DNA of 64,000 nucleotides. It comes from Entomortierella parvispora E1425 (taxonomy: Eukaryota; Fungi; Mortierellomycota). Below the pieces are notes generated by a model. It saw only the letters and a list, made by a program, of their open reading frames with translations. It made no database searches and was not told where the DNA came from. The stretch spans positions 620,001 through 684,000 of the forward strand of contig BQFW01000012.1 in NCBI GenBank assembly GCA_020891255.1, in the 5' to 3' direction. Position numbers and translations under genes: made by a program. Every line of letters begins with the position of its first letter. The stretch's first letter is position 1. Below are positions 12,346 to 24,721 of this stretch, piece by piece.

Positions 12346-12968
12346 ATGACAGCCATGAAACAATCGTATGGACACCTTCAGATCGCCCTCCTTCTAGGGG
12401 TGAGTCTGCTCGTTGCACTATTCCCCATCTCATCAGGCAAGTATTTCTTTTGTATCTCCCCCCCCCCCCCTCCTCCTCCAGTTTTCTTTTCTTTAGGTCA
12501 ACAAGCGATACCCCCTCCCCCCATGTGGTTGTTGGCAGAAACGTGGAATCGATGATTTGTCTACAATAAGTACGCATCCTAACGTTCTGTTCTATCGATA
12601 CCGTTAAAAAATCTTTTCGCGATCCTGCATCGATGCATCTTGGGAATTTGGTTGTGTTCGCAATCTGGATTGCACGAAACCTACTATTACCACCACGACA
12701 ACAAACCCTTATTACCGGCCACCTCCGATTGTCGACCATCGCCTACTTCATTGTGGTTTTTAATCGTGGTTATTTGATGAATGGAACGCACTCAATTGTT
12801 CATCATTGATCCTTCTCTTCGGCTACTGTAACAGATGCCAGACCTCGTCGCCCACCGCCACCAACGCCCCCTTGTCAATCGGCCTGTAATAACGATTATC
12901 ATAAATGCATCACAGCTCAAAGTGTTTGTGATAGCAAGCTTGCAGCGTGTTTGCAAGAGTGCACCTAG
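12346..12968 (+). CDS. Small cysteine-rich, probably secreted peptide precursor (3 exons; not captured by the ORF track)
   Basis: Exon 1 (12355-12399, MKQSYGHLQIALLLG, donor GTGAGT), exon 2 (12497-12569, VNKRYPLPPCGCWQKRGIDDLSTI, donor GTACGC) and exon 3 (12835-12968) splice in phase to an 83-86 aa ORF ending ...PPCQSACNNDYHKCITAQSVCDSKLAACLQECT*. Confidence 0.65.
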
Positions 12969-13746
12969 ATCCGATATTTCTGCTCCCGATAAACTATCAG
13001 ACGCCCTTCCTTTGCCAACATAGAGTAAAATCATAAACATCTGGGGCAAAGTATGTCCCAATATTAAAAAGATTCAACCCAGCACTCCGGGAAGTCAACC
13101 GTGACGAGGAATTTCCACAAAAGGGAATAAGCAGGAAGCGATAGGGAAGACAGGAGGCGCGACCCAAGAGGGTCAAGGTGGGCAAAGCACTTTTTTTTCC
13201 CAAAAAGATTTTGAGTTTTTTTTTGCACAACGCTCTCGATTCAAATCATTTGCTGTCTTTGAGAGGCAACTTTCTCCGCATCACCTTTTGGATGCAGGGA
13301 AGGGGGCATCTGCGCTCCCCCAAAATGGAAAAAAGGAACAGTCCCAGGCCCAAATGCGAGACAGCTATAAAAAGGAGGCCAGTCCTTGAATTTTTTGCTC
13401 CTTATCCTTGTGCAGGTGCATGAATTTACCAGTGAAGCTTCCGCTGAGGTCAATTTATTGCTGTTTGAAAACTAATTTCCATACCTAGTCCTGTGGAGGG
13501 AAACCTTCTCATGGCAATTTTTGAAGGGTCCTCGGACCCACTTATACTCTTACTCCCAAAAAAAAAGAAATAACTGCTGTATCTTCTTGTCTTTGAAAGA
13601 ACATGAAGGTGTAGAAGAACGTGCCTGTGTTGATGTGTGCGGGTGAAAAGGTGTCCGTTATTGCAACAAGAGGTGTGTTTGTAAAATAGTGGCGATCCTT
13701 TATTGCTGAATGCACGCCTTGGTTTCTACTCGAGATGTTAGCCTCC

Positions 13747-14623
13747 TCATGACGCCCCCATGAGCTGTGCCCGAAGCTGAAGAATGTTGACTCGCTGATC
13801 CTCTGGAAGGGATGCAATGTCGGCAGGAGTCAATGCCATCACTTGCTGCAATAGTTGCTGTTGTTGCTCTGGAACGCCAATAGAAAAGGTGACAAAAAAA
13901 AAGGTGTTGGTTACTTTCACTTCTTCAGGACGGAATCGGACACAAATATATACACCATGATTTTTTTTGTCTTTACCAAGCATGGGTTGAGGAACGGCAG
14001 GCGCTGCTTGATGGAAGGTGGGAGGAGTAGGAGGAACAGGTGGAGTAGCGAGCATTGGAGGTACCGGAGGAGCAGGAGGCTGTGGTGGCAAATGCGCTGA
14101 CGCTGATCTCTTCTGAGTGTCCAAAGAAAAAAGATGCATTTTTTGTTAGCAATTAAAAAAAGTAGAACAACGAAGTTGGCGACCTGCCCTGATTAATCAT
14201 GGTTACCTGTATCGACATTGGGTCCACCATGTTGTTCATAAGCATCGCCTGGACCAGAGCGTGCGAAAGCTGGGGGTTGGCTGCCAAGAGGCTGATAGCC
14301 CTGTCTGGATCATTTGCAGAGAGAGCTTTCATCGATGAAATAACATCATACACATTCTGCTGAGTCATAGAGGCTAATACAGCCGTGATTGCATCCGTAG
14401 CATTTACTGTGGGCTGCAAAGGTCTTGGAGGAGCAAGGAGAGGAGGGGGAGGAGGGGCACCAGGGCCCATCCTGGGATCCTGTACGCCGCCACCACCAAC
14501 TGCAGAGTTGGGCCCAGGCATACGTGGATTTATCCTGGGGTTGTGAGGTTGCATAAATCCCTGAGGCGGCTGTGGAGGATGTGGAGGGGGAGGACCTCTT
14601 GGATCGTGAGGACCGTTGTTCAT
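13747..14623 (-). CDS. CstF-64/Rna15/Pti1-like protein with hinge and C-terminal domains but no RRM
   Basis: Hinge-like AITAVLASMTQQNVYDVISSMKALSANDPDRAISLLAANPQLSHALVQAMLMNNMVD, and CSTF C-terminal-like EQQQQLLQQVMALTPADIASLPEDQRVNILQLRAQL. The N-terminus is Pro-rich. Confidence 0.85.
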
Positions 14624-15312
14624 CTTTGTATATATAGGTGGTGGGTGGGTGGGCTTCCTTTGTCAAGTAATGTTTGAGAGGAGCGAAAGTAAGGGATCTG
14701 TTCCTGTGACAATGACAGAGAGTATTTGATCAAATGAGTAAGATCAGTCGGTGTGGCACGAAAGGAATGGTGTACGACAACAAAGAGAGACAGAGAGACA
14801 GAAAGACAGGGGGAAGGAAGCTACCAGGACAGCAGCAATGCAGCAATGACCACCGCAGAGAATGCAGACAAAAGAAGAACAGAATGAGCGATCAAAATAG
14901 CATGCACTCGCCACGCATCGCCCTGACCGAAGAAATGCGCCAGTCCCGAACGTGACTGCAATAACGCAGCGAGAAAATTCCCTTTGTGGGTGCACCCGCT
15001 TGTCTTGTCTTGTCTTGGCCGTGCATGCACCGGTGTCGGTGTCGGGTGTCAGTGTCCGTGTCCAGTTCATGGCCGTTGGCCGGGGTCTTCCTTCTTCCCT
15101 TCTTCCCTTTTCCGTTCACTTGCTCCCCCTTGTCATTGTTCCTCTTCCCTATATCCTCTTACGTCAACCACCTTCATTGTACTCACACCCCATTGAGCAG
15201 GCACGCACCATTGTGTATCCTGCTATTTGTTTTTCTTGCATTATTATTTTTCTCTTCGTCTCTGCTCTCATTTCAATCTCGTTTCCTTGATTTCTCTTTC
15301 CCGTACACCCTC

Positions 15313-18300
15313 ATGATCTCAAGGCTGCTGGCAGAGGCCCCGGCTGCCGCCAAAGCCGCCGTTCACGCCAGAGCTATTTATCACCTCGGTCGCCCCACCT
15401 CAGCCCGTCTTCTCTCTACAGCTGCAATCCTTCGCACGCCCCCCCCTGCCTCTTCTGCCATGGCCGGGCATGGTCAGCGTTCTTCTGCGCGACTTTACCA
15501 ACGTTTCTACAATAGCACCGGAGCAGGAAACGCACCTCTCAACACCGGAACCTCTGCACGCAAGCAGCTGCTCTCTGCTGCTTCGGGTGCCCGTTTGGTC
15601 TCCAGAGCTTTCTCTACCGCCAATCGCCCACAGACTGCACCCTCACCCTTTGCGCTCCCGCGGCGAAGATCCGACTTGCATTTTTATCGCAACCGTCGAG
15701 GCACCTTGATGGTGCGTCGTGGTATTGCCGCTACGGCGGCACCTCGGTTCGTCTTGCATGCATTGAGACTTCCCATGGGTGCCTTGACGGCTAGTTTGGC
15801 AGGTCTCTCCTATGCTCAATACAAAGTGACTGGTAAGCCGCCCGTCCCTCACCTTCGAAAGGTCATTTATGCATTAGAACTTCACTCACTCGTATCATAT
15901 TTCTTTTTATTTTCTTGTCATAGAATTATCGAACAAGGGCCATGACTGGGCTATGAATCTTGCGGATGATGTTAAGGGCTTGGTGACCTCTGTCAAGTCC
16001 ACCATGGATCAAGTTCATTTGCCAGAATTGTCCCTGCCCGAGTTCCTGGTCCCTCTGTTCCGAGGAGCTACATTGGATGACAAGACAGCGCTCACGAGCG
16101 AGGCCAGCACAGTGGGGGTTGAAACGCAGGATGGTGCTCGCTTCATTCGCAAATCTTCTGCTGGCAACAACAACAACAACAACAATGAGGAGGATCCCAA
16201 CCACAAACAGGAGGCTGCCGCCGCTGCCGCTGCTGCCGCTGCGGCAGTTGTTGCCAAAGCAAAGAGTGAGGAACCAGAGACACCTAAACCTTCAGGGATC
16301 CCACCTCATGACGGAGACTTTATGTTGTTGACCAAGAAGCTGATTGAGGTCCGAAATGTTCTCAAGTCGATCGACCACAATGATACCCTCAAACTGCCCA
16401 GCATCGTCGTTATTGGCAGTCAGAGCTCTGGAAAGAGCTCTGTTCTGGAAGCGATCGTAGGACACGAGTTTTTGCCAAAGTAAGTGTTATCTCCTGGCCG
16501 TGATAACGAAGATACTATCAAATGAGGTTTTAACGTCAACACCTTCTTCAATTAGGGGATCAAACATGGTAACACGTCGTCCAATTGAGCTCACTCTGAT
16601 CCACACACCTCACTCAAAGGAAGAGTACGGAGAGTTCCCTTCATTGGGATTGGGCAAGGTGCACGACTTTAAGCGAGTTCAACAAACACTCAAGGATCTC
16701 AACATGGCGGTGCCTGAATCTGAATGTGTATCACCAAAGCCCATTGAGCTTCGTATTTATTCTCCCAACGTACCGGATCTGACGTTGATCGACTTACCGG
16801 GATATATCCAAATCACATCCAAGAACCAGCCCATCTCTCTGAAGGAAAAGATCTCAGAGTTGTGCGAAAAGTATATCCAGGAACCCAACATCATCTTAGC
16901 TGTTTGTGCTGCAGATGTCGATCTCGCCAACTCGGAGGCTCTCAGAAGTAGTAGAAAGGTGGATCCTTTGGGTTTGCGCACTGTAGGAGTGATCACCAAG
17001 ATGGATCTCGTGGAACCTGACCGTGGTGTGGCTATTCTCCGGAATCAGGATTATCCCCTGCACCTTGGATATATCGGTGTTGTCTGCAAGGCACCAAGCG
17101 TGGCTAGCAAGGACAACATGACGCAGGCGGTGATGAAAGTTGAAGATGCGTACTTTAGAAGCGCATATCAGTTCAGTCAAAGGGGCGTCGCTGTTGGCAC
17201 GGGAACTTTACGCAGGAAACTCATGGACATTCTGGAGGAGAACATGGGCTCAAACCTTGGATCCATTGTCAAGGCAGTTCAGAAGGAATTGGACGAGACC
17301 CGATACCAGTTCAAGGTCGAATACAATGATCAAAAGATGAGCGCAGAGTCCTATGTGGCTGAATCCGTGGATAAACTGAAGCACCGTTTCAAGGACTTTT
17401 CAAAGGCGTTCGGCAAGCCCCAGGTTCGACAGGAGATCCGCCATATGCTGGAGCAGCGTATGCTGGATATCTGTGCCCAGAGATACTGGTCTGACCCTCG
17501 GTTGAGCGAGCTGTCTCAATTGGACTCCAGCCCCACTGCAGAGGAAGACAGACTCTATTGGGATCTGCAGCTGGAGTGGGCCTCGTCTGCTCTTACAAAG
17601 TCTGGAGTGGGCCGTCAAACGACTCAGCGTGTCGTTGATATCCTGACGAAGACCATGGAGCACCTTTCCGAGGCGGAACCATTTAACCACCACCCAGAGG
17701 CAGCCGAGACTATCAAGGTGATGACCCACGAGATTTTGAGTAGTCGTAGTCAAGCAACCGCTGACCAGGTTGAGAACACGATCAAGCCCTACAAGTACGA
17801 GGTCGAATGTACAGATGGCGAGTGGACTGAAGGTGTTAAGCGGGCCATTACCTTGGTGCAAACAGAGTTGGAGATGTGTGAGGACGCCTTGGCAAAGATC
17901 AAGACCACTGTCGGGACCAAGAAGTTGCGCAAGGCTATCAACTATGTTATTGCCTCAGATCGGGAAGAGGCAAAGAGGGCGGAGCGCCGTGAAGCCGTCG
18001 CCAAGTTGCGAGAGGCTAGTCCACAGTCATACTTGGAGGACAGGAGTTCAGAGTCGTCAGACTCTGCCGGAGATCAAGAGCACCAGGAGGATGCTGATCA
18101 CGAGCTGCGGGAACATCATGGCGAGGACGAGGACGAGCTCGAGGCAGCGATCCGACCTCACTTTAACCCCAAACTGCTGAACAAGGCACGCGAAGCTCTG
18201 TCGCTTCGGGACCGTGCATTGATTCTCAAGTACCGTCTTTCGGCCCTCAAATCCAAGACGTGCAAGAGCTCCAAGAATAAGACACAGTGCCCTGAGGCAT

Positions 18301-18575
18301 TTTTGGCGGTGGTGGCCGAGAAGCTGGCGTACACGAGTGTAATGTTTATCCAGGTGGAGTTGATGAATGAGTTTGTATTCCAGTTGCCAAGAATGATTGA
18401 CAGCCGATTGGGAGTCAAGATTGGCCAGGAAGCGATGGAGAAGTTTGCACGAGAGAACCCTTTGGTGGGCAAGCACTTGGAGCTGATGGATAAGCGGATC
18501 AAGCTAGAAGAGGTGTGGGAGAAGCTCAACTACCTTGTCCGCCGACAAGAGGAGGCCAAGGCTCGCAAGTGGTAA
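15313..18575 (+). CDS. MGM1: Mitochondrial dynamin-like GTPase Mgm1/Msp1 (OPA1-like), 3 exons
   Basis: Arg/Ala/Ser-rich presequence and TM segment, LTKKLIEVRNVL, G1 LPSIVVIGSQSSGKSSVLEAIVGHEFLPK, VTRRPIELTL, G3 DLPG, G4 TKMD, C-terminal CPEAFLAVVAEKLAYTSVMFIQVEL and ENPLVGKHLEL. Confidence 0.97.
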
Positions 18576-18957
18576 TGAATACGACGCGATAGATAGAGAG
18601 CCAGTACAGTAAAAAAAGAGCTGGCTGTGCTGCACGCTAAGTGCAGTTCAGTGAGAATCGAAAAGACATCATCACCCAAAAATAAAACCAAGACGTTCGC
18701 ATGGCATTGGCACAGCACCGCGCAAGGGCATCTTTTCCCTGGGTCATGAAGATATGGCACGCGGAGGCACAGTCACGAAAGGTTGGGGATGTGAATGCTC
18801 CCCTCACAACGACCCCATCCATCCCACCTTAATCACGTTTAGCAGCAACAGAAGCAGCAGCAACAGGGTCTCTCTCGATCCTGCCCACCAGACGACTCCA
18901 TTCCTGCTGCAACATTTCACCAACAAGAAACATTGAACAGGACCTCTCTCTAACAGC

Positions 18958-21011
18958 ATGACAGACCCCGAGGATAACACAGCAAAGACGCTGGTCACGG
19001 ACCTCGAGCGGACGTCCATCAATGCACTGCAGGGACATGACCATGAGCCTCATGATGGCCAAGAGAGCGCCCCAACTGTAACGGTCGAGAGCCTCAACCC
19101 GGAGGAACACGCCAACCCACAGTCCGAAAGTGCCTCTGGAGACAGTGGCAACAACGCTAAGGATACGCTATTGCCTTCTCCGATATCAACGTCGCAGCTG
19201 CCAGGAATGACCACAGAACAGGATTATTTCACTCCAAAAGAGACCACACGTTCAACACATGAAAGTGAGCAGTCGGACGGAGGACCATCGGCCCTGTCGG
19301 AGGAGGAGAAAGGAGAGGACAAAAACGTGGAGACCAAGGCAACAACAGAGACACATGAAGAAAATGAACCGCGTCGGCGTTCTGGCTCAACCGTGTCTGC
19401 TTCGGCTTTGGCTGCTGCTGTTTCTGCCCTTCCGCCAATGCATCCGACGTCCGTGTCATCGATTGCGGGGACTGTCGGGGACGGCAAAGATGGCGAGGTT
19501 GAGCAGACCTTGCCACCACCATCACATCTTGCACCACTTCCACCTTCCTCCTCACTTTCCTTCTCCACTACGGGACTGGCGGAGGCGTCCATGCCCGCAA
19601 ACACCTCTACAGACCCTGCGGATCCTGCAGCAAAACTACCACCGTCGTCACTACCTGCCACGACAGAAGGAGTAGGTGCCGGCGTATCAGCGGCAGGATC
19701 TTCTGGAGCGCTGCCTTCCGCTGAAACGATTGACCCAGTTGCCTCATATTCTGCCTGGCGCAAAAAGAAGGATACAGAGACTTCTCAAGGAACTCAGGCC
19801 GTGATGGAGGAGTTCTTGAAGCAGCATTCTGCGTATGACGTCTTGCCTGTCAGCTACCGCCAGATCGTGTTGGACACTACCTTGTTGGTCAAGAAAGCGC
19901 TCTCAGTCTTGATGCAATACAGTAAGGACCGAAAACAATGTTTCCTATTAGGCGTTGTTCATTTTCCTTCATGGAAGAAGAGATGCAACGAGGACTCTAC
20001 TCACCATGTTCCCCACTATTCATCATTAGACATTGTATCGGCTCCACTCTGGGACTCGAGCAGGCGTAAATTCTCGGGCATGCTGACTGCCACGGATTTT
20101 ATCAACCTTATTCAGTTTTATTACAGCCACTCTTCATATACGGCCGCGATTCGGGAAATGGATCAATTCCAGATATCACAACTGCGAGACGTCGAGAAAG
20201 TAATAGGAGTTCCACCCCCAGAGCTCTTTTCACTACATCCGCTTCAGTCTCTGTATGATGCCTGTCAGCTCTTGGTAGAGTCACGAGCTCATCGGTTGCC
20301 GCTTGTGGATGTTGATTCAGAAACGGGTGAAGAGATGATTGTTTCTGTCCTGACTCAGTACCGAATCCTGAAGTTTATCGCAATGAATGTAAGGGCAGCA
20401 CCTATTCTTATTTTTTTTTTTTTTTTTTTTTTTTCACAATGTCGTCATCAACACAATCGGTGTCCTGGCTGATCATCTAACATCTCATATCAACACTTTA
20501 GTACCAAGATGAAAAGACCCTTCGACAGCCGCTCTCCGAGCTCAAGATTGGCATTTACACCGACTTGGCGACAGCAGATCTCTCTACACCCGTGATGGCC
20601 GTCATTGACATGTTTGTGAAGCGAAGGATATCCTCCGTGCCGATCGTGGACGATGACGGCGTCGTACTGAACGTCTTTGAAACAGTCGATGTTATGACGT
20701 TGGTCAAGGCCGGGGTCTATCGCGATTTGGATCTTTGTGTGGCAGAGGCGCTTCTTCGACGACCGGATGATTTTGCAGGCGTGCATACCTGTACACTCAA
20801 CGACTCTCTATCCTCCATCTTTGGGACGATTCGGAAATCCCAGGTGCATCGTTTGATTGTGGTCGACAGCGAGAATAAGCTCAAGGGTATTGTCAGTCTT
20901 TCGGATATTATGCGATATCTGATCGGAGGTCGATCCGGTCATAGAGATGACCTGGATACCGATGAGGACCCGGAGGCAGTTGGATCGACTGGAACTCCTA
21001 GCGACAACTGA
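18958..21011 (+). CDS. SNF4: AMPK/SNF1 gamma subunit (4 CBS domains) with a long disordered N-terminus
   Basis: SAYDVLPVSYRQIVLDTTLLVKKAL, VSAPLWDS, GMLTATDFINLIQFY, RAHRLPLVD, SVLTQYRILKFIAMN, KRRISSVPIVD, HTCTLNDSL, VHRLIVVD, GIVSLSDI. Confidence 0.95.
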
Positions 21012-21147
21012 GTGACTGCAAAACAAAAATAAAATAAGAAACCAACCACCAACAAAATGACAGTTCCATTGCTTGCTTACTCTTTTTTTTTTATTGAGAT
21101 GGGTAGAGTGAGAGTGAGTGAAGGACATATGGGGGTGATGTGATTCT

Positions 21148-22565
21148 TTACAAGGAATTGTTCTTGCTCTCGTTGATAGACTCGAGCAAGGCATGGTGCA
21201 TGACAGCGTAGATCTTGTTGCACGCTTCCACGCAGTGCTCCACGGACTAATAGCATATATGAAGAACGAAAAGCCATACTGTCAGTTTGTCAGCTCGTAC
21301 TGGATGGTCCATGGTCTATGGTCCAAAGAGCAAATCCTTCCTTCAATCTCCTGAAACGACACGGGATTCTCCTTACCTGAGAGATGGTTGTGGACTCTGC
21401 CTTTCCACTCTGAAGCACATGCGTGACCTCGTTCAACGAAGGCATATAGGCCAGCACGATCGCGCCTTGTTCATATTTCTCCTCTTCCAGGTCCGCATCC
21501 ATGTAAATCTGTGGTGGTATTGATGATGATCCTGATGTTGATGATGATGATGACTCGGGGACATTTGAAATATAAGAGGCGGAGCAGCCAGCGACCAAAT
21601 CCAACATTTCGATGCCCGCATGGGCCAGGGCTGCTGAGGCACAAGTGATAGCGGCAGAAAGACAAGAGCCCCATCCATCGGATTCCAAGACCGTGATGTA
21701 CACGTCAATCGCCGACTTGGGCAAGAGTTCCAGACGCACTGCTGGCGTCAAGGCTTGGGTGACGATCAAGGACAACTCCTTCTCTTGAGGGTCCTGAGAA
21801 ATGCGCAATAAAAGCAACAGCCATAAAAAAACGTCAGTTAATTGCTGAGAAATGACATGACAAGTCTTATTTTCATCAATTGTAGCAAAAATAAAAGAGT
21901 GTTATTACCCTCATGTTGGATCGGCGCTTGGCGCATGAAAAGGTTGCAAACTTGATCTCGCAGTTCAAGACACCCTTGCCGCTGAAGCCTTGTCCAGTTC
22001 TCTTGATGGGGCGAGGTCCATAGCTAGAGTAGGACAAATTGCAAACCGACATTAGGTCAGCTTTGTCGATCCTGGAGATAGAAAGTTGGTATGGTGGTGG
22101 ATTGACCGAATATTGTATCCTTACACTCCGCAGGCGAGCTTGGTCTTCTCCAGTTCGATATAAGCCGATCCATTAGCCTGGTTGATCAATCCTGTCTTGA
22201 GATCTAACATGAACAAACGGAAAAGGAGATACATGGTGTGTGAGCAGACGCGTTCTCTTTTTTCATGAAATGCCCCGATTCTTCCGCGCGTCCCCATCCA
22301 TGGTGTAGGGAGCAATACTGTGCTCCATGATATCAAGAAACCCCAAGCCTCTCCTTCGTCCATGTCCAAGGGGCAGGGCACTGTTCTGGCAAAGCGAAAA
22401 CAAAACAAGGGAGCAAAGGAACATACAAATGGGCCGCATGTCTTCAGGCTGACGCTTGGCATCATGGCGTGTCTCGCCATACGGGGTCCACCGCTTGTGG
22501 TCAACGGGGTATTCAACCAAGGGGGCAACGCTGAGTTCTGGTCCTGGTACACGCTTGCGATCCAT
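21148..22565 (-). CDS. MTR3: Exosome RNase PH-like core subunit Mtr3/EXOSC6
   Basis: MDRKRVPGPE start, KTGLINQANGSAYIE, RLELLPKSAIDVYITVLESDG, AAITCASAALAHAGIEMLDLV; last exon SVEHCVEACNKIYAVMHHALLESINESKNNSL*. Confidence 0.88.
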
Positions 22566-22781
22566 GTTGAGAGGTGGTGATGAGTTTGAAATGGTTGTGC
22601 GCTGTCTGCGACTTAACGATCAGCTTCAGCTTTTGTGACTGGTTTTACAGCCACAGAAAAAAAGAAAAAAAAGCAACAAGGGCTGTCAAAGAAACCAAAG
22701 GACGAAGGACTCATAGCCTTGACACGACTCTGTTCATTCATTCGTCAACTCATCCCCTCTCACCTATACATCCATCTCACA

Positions 22782-23939
22782 ATGTCTGATTCAACCGTCA
22801 AGCGGGTCAAGGTGTCCAAGCCTGAAAAGAAGAAGGCTGTTACTCCCGCCACAGCAAACACCACCACAACAGAAGAAACAACAGTCGAAGTCGAAGAAGC
22901 CGAGCCCTTGATCGATATCCCCGCCATTAAGAAGAAGAAAGAGCGTCGAGTCAAGACTGAGGCTGACATTGCCGCTAAGCAGGAGAGGAAGCGTTTGCGC
23001 AAGGAGGCTGAGGAAGCCAAGAAGGGCGCTGCTGTCAAGAAGGCTACCATCCAGAACAAGACCCCCAAATGGAAACAATTCTTGAAGAACTCGTCCGAGG
23101 CTGACAATGCAGAGCAATTGAAGGACACTTCTTACAAGGTTAAGGGCGACGATGGCTCCGATGACGACGAGAGTGATAGCGAGGACGAAAAGGCTAACAA
23201 GAAGAGGAAAGCAGACAAGGATTCTGAAGGACGGTCCAACAAGGAGAACAAGAAGGGCAAGAAGGAGGATGACTCCAAGCTGGCTGCTTTGGATGTCTCA
23301 ACACCAGGTTCGTCGAATTGGCATTGGGAAGAGGCTTTCATAGGTTGTTGTCTCTCATGCATTGATGAAGAGACTAATTATACGCTTTATTGACATGCAA
23401 AACAGGATTGCAATACCTTGTCGAGTGGAAGAGATCCAGGGACACATGGAAATTCCAAAAGTTGCGTCAAGTCTGGTTGATCAACAACATGTATGATGAC
23501 AAGCAGATCCCAAGCACCCACTGGGAGATTTACCTGGAGTATATCCACGACCTCAAAGGAGCAGCAAGGACCGTAAGTTGCCGTTTAATTTTTAATTGTT
23601 CTATGCTGAATATCTGTGTAGCTATCATCTAACGTCCAGTGCCTGATTTTTTTGTGTTAGTCTGCTATCAACGATGCTAAGAAGATTGTTGAGGCACCAG
23701 AAACTGAAGAAGAAGAAAAGAAGGATGCTGGCGATGATGAAGAGATGAAGGCAGAGGAGACGACGACGAGTGAAGATAACAAGGAGACGGCTGACGATGA
23801 AGAGGCACCCTCGACGATCCCAATGAGCGAGGAAGAGAAGGCAGAGGAGGAGGCAAGATTGGCGGCCAAGGCCGAGGCCAAGCGCGCAGCCGAGGTCAAG
23901 GCAACGAGGGCCATGGATGTCCTGAGAGTGCTGGCATAG
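22782..23939 (+). CDS. WKF-domain nucleolar protein (C7orf50/YCR016W-like)
   Basis: Lys/Glu-rich N-terminus, then LQYLVEWKRSRDTWKFQKLRQVWLINNMYD...YLEYIHDLKGAAR, the WKF signature. Confidence 0.88.
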
Positions 23940-24404
23940 ACATGTCGACGGCATCGTTGGCGCGCCTGTTTTCTTTTTAATCATATCATATCCCCCCAAC
24001 TTCTACTAAAGCATTGCATCTCAATTCGTCGCAAAGGGAGGAACATCTACTCTCTACTTGTCAATAGGATCGATTTGTGCCTAGATGGACACAGGGTCGA
24101 AAAAAAAAAGACAGATAGGATTGGTGGTGACACGGTCGGTGCGCAACAACCGACAGTGTCGGGGATGGATAGAGTGGAGAGATGACGGTGCATGCAGCTG
24201 AATGATATGGGAAGACGAGAATGGAAGGAAGAAAAGAGAATGGAAGGAAGGGGAGCGAGGGAGAGGGAGAAAAAAGAACGAAGAAGGGCCGCTTCTCGAG
24301 GCGAAGAGGAAGAAAGAAAAGGCCGAACTGCACCCAATTGGCATCCACTTCAGTACATTTACATTTACACGGCGTGAGTGCCCTCCTTTGCCCGCGGTTC
24401 ATCC

Positions 24405-24431
24405 GCCCAGCCCAGCCCAGCCCAGCCCAGC
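24405..24431. repeat. (CCCAG)n pentanucleotide repeat in the SLA1 upstream region
   Basis: Read directly: gcccagcccagcccagcccagcccagccc. Confidence 0.8.
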
Positions 24432-24721
24432 CCTGTCCGTCACACCTTCCTTCCCCGTCGCTTCCTTCCTTCCGTCCGTGACATCGCTTTTCTTTTTCTC
24501 TCATCTTTCTTCCATTACTCCCTCCATCCTTTCCTTCCTTCCGTCATCATCACATCCGTTCCTTCTCCCCCCTCACCTCCCTCATCCCCTCTCTCCGCTG
24601 TCATCTTCATTTGACTGACAGTCGTCCTCATCTCCTCCTCCCCCTCCTTTCCCTTCTCTTCACTTTCCCCTTCCTTTTCTCTTCCTACCACTATCACTCT
24701 CTCCATTTCTTCGCCTGTGCC

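Noticed and set aside
13365-13490. TATAAAA followed by a 22-codon ORF (MNLPVKLPLRSIYCCLKTNFHT)
   Set aside because: Too short, with no conserved motif or other support.
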